DNA of 44,352 bases, from the NCBI GenBank assembly GCA_002708385.1, contig PANM01000004.1, positions 1-44,352 of the forward strand, read 5' to 3'. Positions 43,901 to 44,352 of this stretch are shown piece by piece. Under the pieces are notes generated by a model. It did no database searches. It was not told the origin of the DNA and saw nothing but the letters and a program-made list of their open reading frames with translations. The translations under genes and the position numbers were made by a program. The DNA is from Methanobacteriota archaeon. Lineage in GTDB: Archaea; Thermoplasmatota; Poseidoniia; Poseidoniales; Thalassarchaeaceae. Position 1 is the stretch's first letter. Each line of letters opens with the position of its first letter.

Positions 43901-44352
43901 TCACCAGCAAGAACTGCTTCTTTAGCAGTGTTAAGGATAGAATTATTTTCAGCTATAACATCAAAATTACCCAAAAGCCAAAGCCCATTCCATCCTCCAA
44001 TTGGCCCAATGTCATTACCATGAATTTGGGCATTCGAGTCTCGAATTGCAATACCCGAACCTTCGATTGCACCGGATAATTCGTTGTTTTCAATTAGCAC
44101 ATCTGCTCCTTGGTAGGCTGTTATAGGGGTCCGATCAATTGTAGTAATTACATTGTTTGATATTTTCACATTATACACAGTACTTCCAATTCCTTTTGTT
44201 CCATAAACGTCAATACCATTACACGTTACATCAATTGAGGTATTGGATACTTCCCCCGCTGAATTTCTTATACTTAATCCAAAGTCTCCGCCTATGAAAA
44301 AGGACCTTTCTACTTTGATGAATGTTTGAGAAGCCCAGATAGCAGAACGACC
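40909..44352 (-). CDS. Giant surface adhesin-like protein (5'-truncated by the window) with right-handed beta-helix (PbH1) repeats, Ig-like domains, a TM anchor and an acidic Trp-containing tail
   Basis: My own translation shows the frame stays open from 44178 to the window end (...SIRNSAGEVSNTSIDVTCNGIDVYGTKGIGSTV-YNVKISNN). PbH1-like repeats are present (ISNNVITT, IENNELSG, AENNSILN, LANNTIST). Repeated Ig-like modules follow (VTSPSTQSSHSDGTVTFEGTAHD, LTSPQNGQIYS...GVARD). The TM segment is VVIIIIFSVVALLGAILFF. The tail is EEEEEEAHSESSDSEQSD...HPGWLWDSVNEEWVPDPDHVDE. Confidence 0.8.
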   Translation of the reverse strand, partial: GRSAIWASQTFIKVERSFFIGGDFGLSIRNSAGEVSNTSIDVTCNGIDVYGTKGIGSTVYNVKISNNVITTIDRTPITAYQGADVLIENNELSGAIEGSGIAIRDSNAQIHGNDIGPIGGWNGLWLLGNFDVIAENNSILNTAKEAVLAGEYGNNAPSPTQARLYLANNTISTQGNGDCSSSRWWGGSFTCPLIMAHRTGVTAVDNSFGSEGIADGVRATGAILDFRRNTFATQGTGAILQNFDSGFTGQQEYGTLAFFSGNEWNDVGVTYNVSKSAVTVQSEYIPSPPEGENPVVLSWDDQEAWVNNGWQNGIIPHQVKSCPTCVDYTPHNFPLAINMDNNSTVFTFSNLTNLDLSKINIETQPTKYAVQVQRAELVRFQTLVNGQKVPNANVLIEDALGNDLYSLETNDDGYTPWFSLASNFHLDFRGLENGDNPDGFADDQYEDSCSDGLDNDGDLLLDTDDPDCDYSAGTRELSLYRYTAYRFGYGFDNGEFTLTDTTYQDTLNLENNPPTVSVVQNDGESFRRVVNLTGSAYDGTWAGIYETDELAQWDQKGYVHRVEIKDPFTSDWNAVGYAIDASGSEPGYVSRNNHPFSNWYYEYDMSNRQEGDYTFEFRAFDGLEYSPIITRTVKVNTQAPTISVTSPSTQSSHSDGTVTFEGTAHDPYGCPFNCGEDIDQIYFQIEGPNYNVLTSTEGSTDWSWTWDFSGLPRDIATYTFTIWASDSDFCRGEIDECQVSTIELQIDNQNAPPFISLTSPQNGQIYSASEQSIISGVARDNDGDITRVDVEVLDVANGYINVFTGVVTEIASNGYWELEWNSEIMNHNMQYIIKSRSYDGYAFSDWTEIQIVADNPPDAENNRPTFDGTNWQSEIILYCEVDTTSQNPCTTAELDLLDFFDDIDGVNDLILSVYDDPARTTDDDFGLVINIGIDGNAFYDPKSMGFYDENMLTWSLSDVIFLATDPTGSKEISTPVSFTVSPIEFTVNNPDKTTASTQEMITFSGTGLPGKTVRVSLGGTQVNSTVVNMDSSWELGIPGSILSKQVNPTFSISGSDSITGAKISPNVGDSGIGVDVVIIIIFSVVALLGAILFFSGVISFEEEEEEAHSESSDSEQSDELVQSDEHPGWLWDSVNEEWVPDPDHVDE

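Noticed and set aside
1-44352. A search for mobile elements, prophage genes, CRISPR arrays, tRNA genes and toxin-antitoxin or known defence modules.
   Set aside because: No transposase, integrase, Cas, capsid or terminase-like products appear in any frame. There are no regularly spaced direct repeats. No segment has T-loop (GTTCRANYC) plus acceptor-stem geometry.

Overview
This AT-rich window appears to be an archaeal chromosomal segment. Archaeal markers present are RNase P protein Rpp21, type-II GAPDH, archaeosine synthase ArcS, S15 of the S13e type, archaeal PheRS beta, archaeal GluRS and RNase HII. Bacterial-type adk, dnaJ and trhO are also present. This mix plus the many giant surface proteins suggests a planktonic Thermoplasmatota / Marine-Group-II-like organism, which is inference only. 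I support about 30 protein genes. Six very large secreted or membrane-anchored proteins (an S8 protease, an SGNH esterase fusion, a thrombospondin-type-3 / beta-propeller giant, a beta-helix adhesin and two unknowns) occupy about 47% of the window. They are interleaved one by one with housekeeping translation and RNA-processing genes. I found no CRISPR array, transposase, integrase or tRNA. Shine-Dalgarno motifs (GAGGTG / GGAGGT about 5-6 nt before the start) are used consistently and move several six-frame-track starts. The points most worth a second look are: (1) a pyroglutamyl-peptidase/MutT-NUDIX fusion; (2) a short, apparently catalytically dead DHH (RecJ/Cdc45-like) protein downstream of rps15; (3) a zinc-ribbon protein with four LPFG linear motifs; (4) a GXGXG beta-helix fusion translationally coupled to pheT; (5) a wHTH-STAND-TPR regulator behind a giant adhesin; (6) a GC-rich structured-RNA candidate at the left edge. 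I did not recognise a clear multi-gene novel system such as a defence or secretion cluster. All homology statements come from motif recognition by eye, not from searches.
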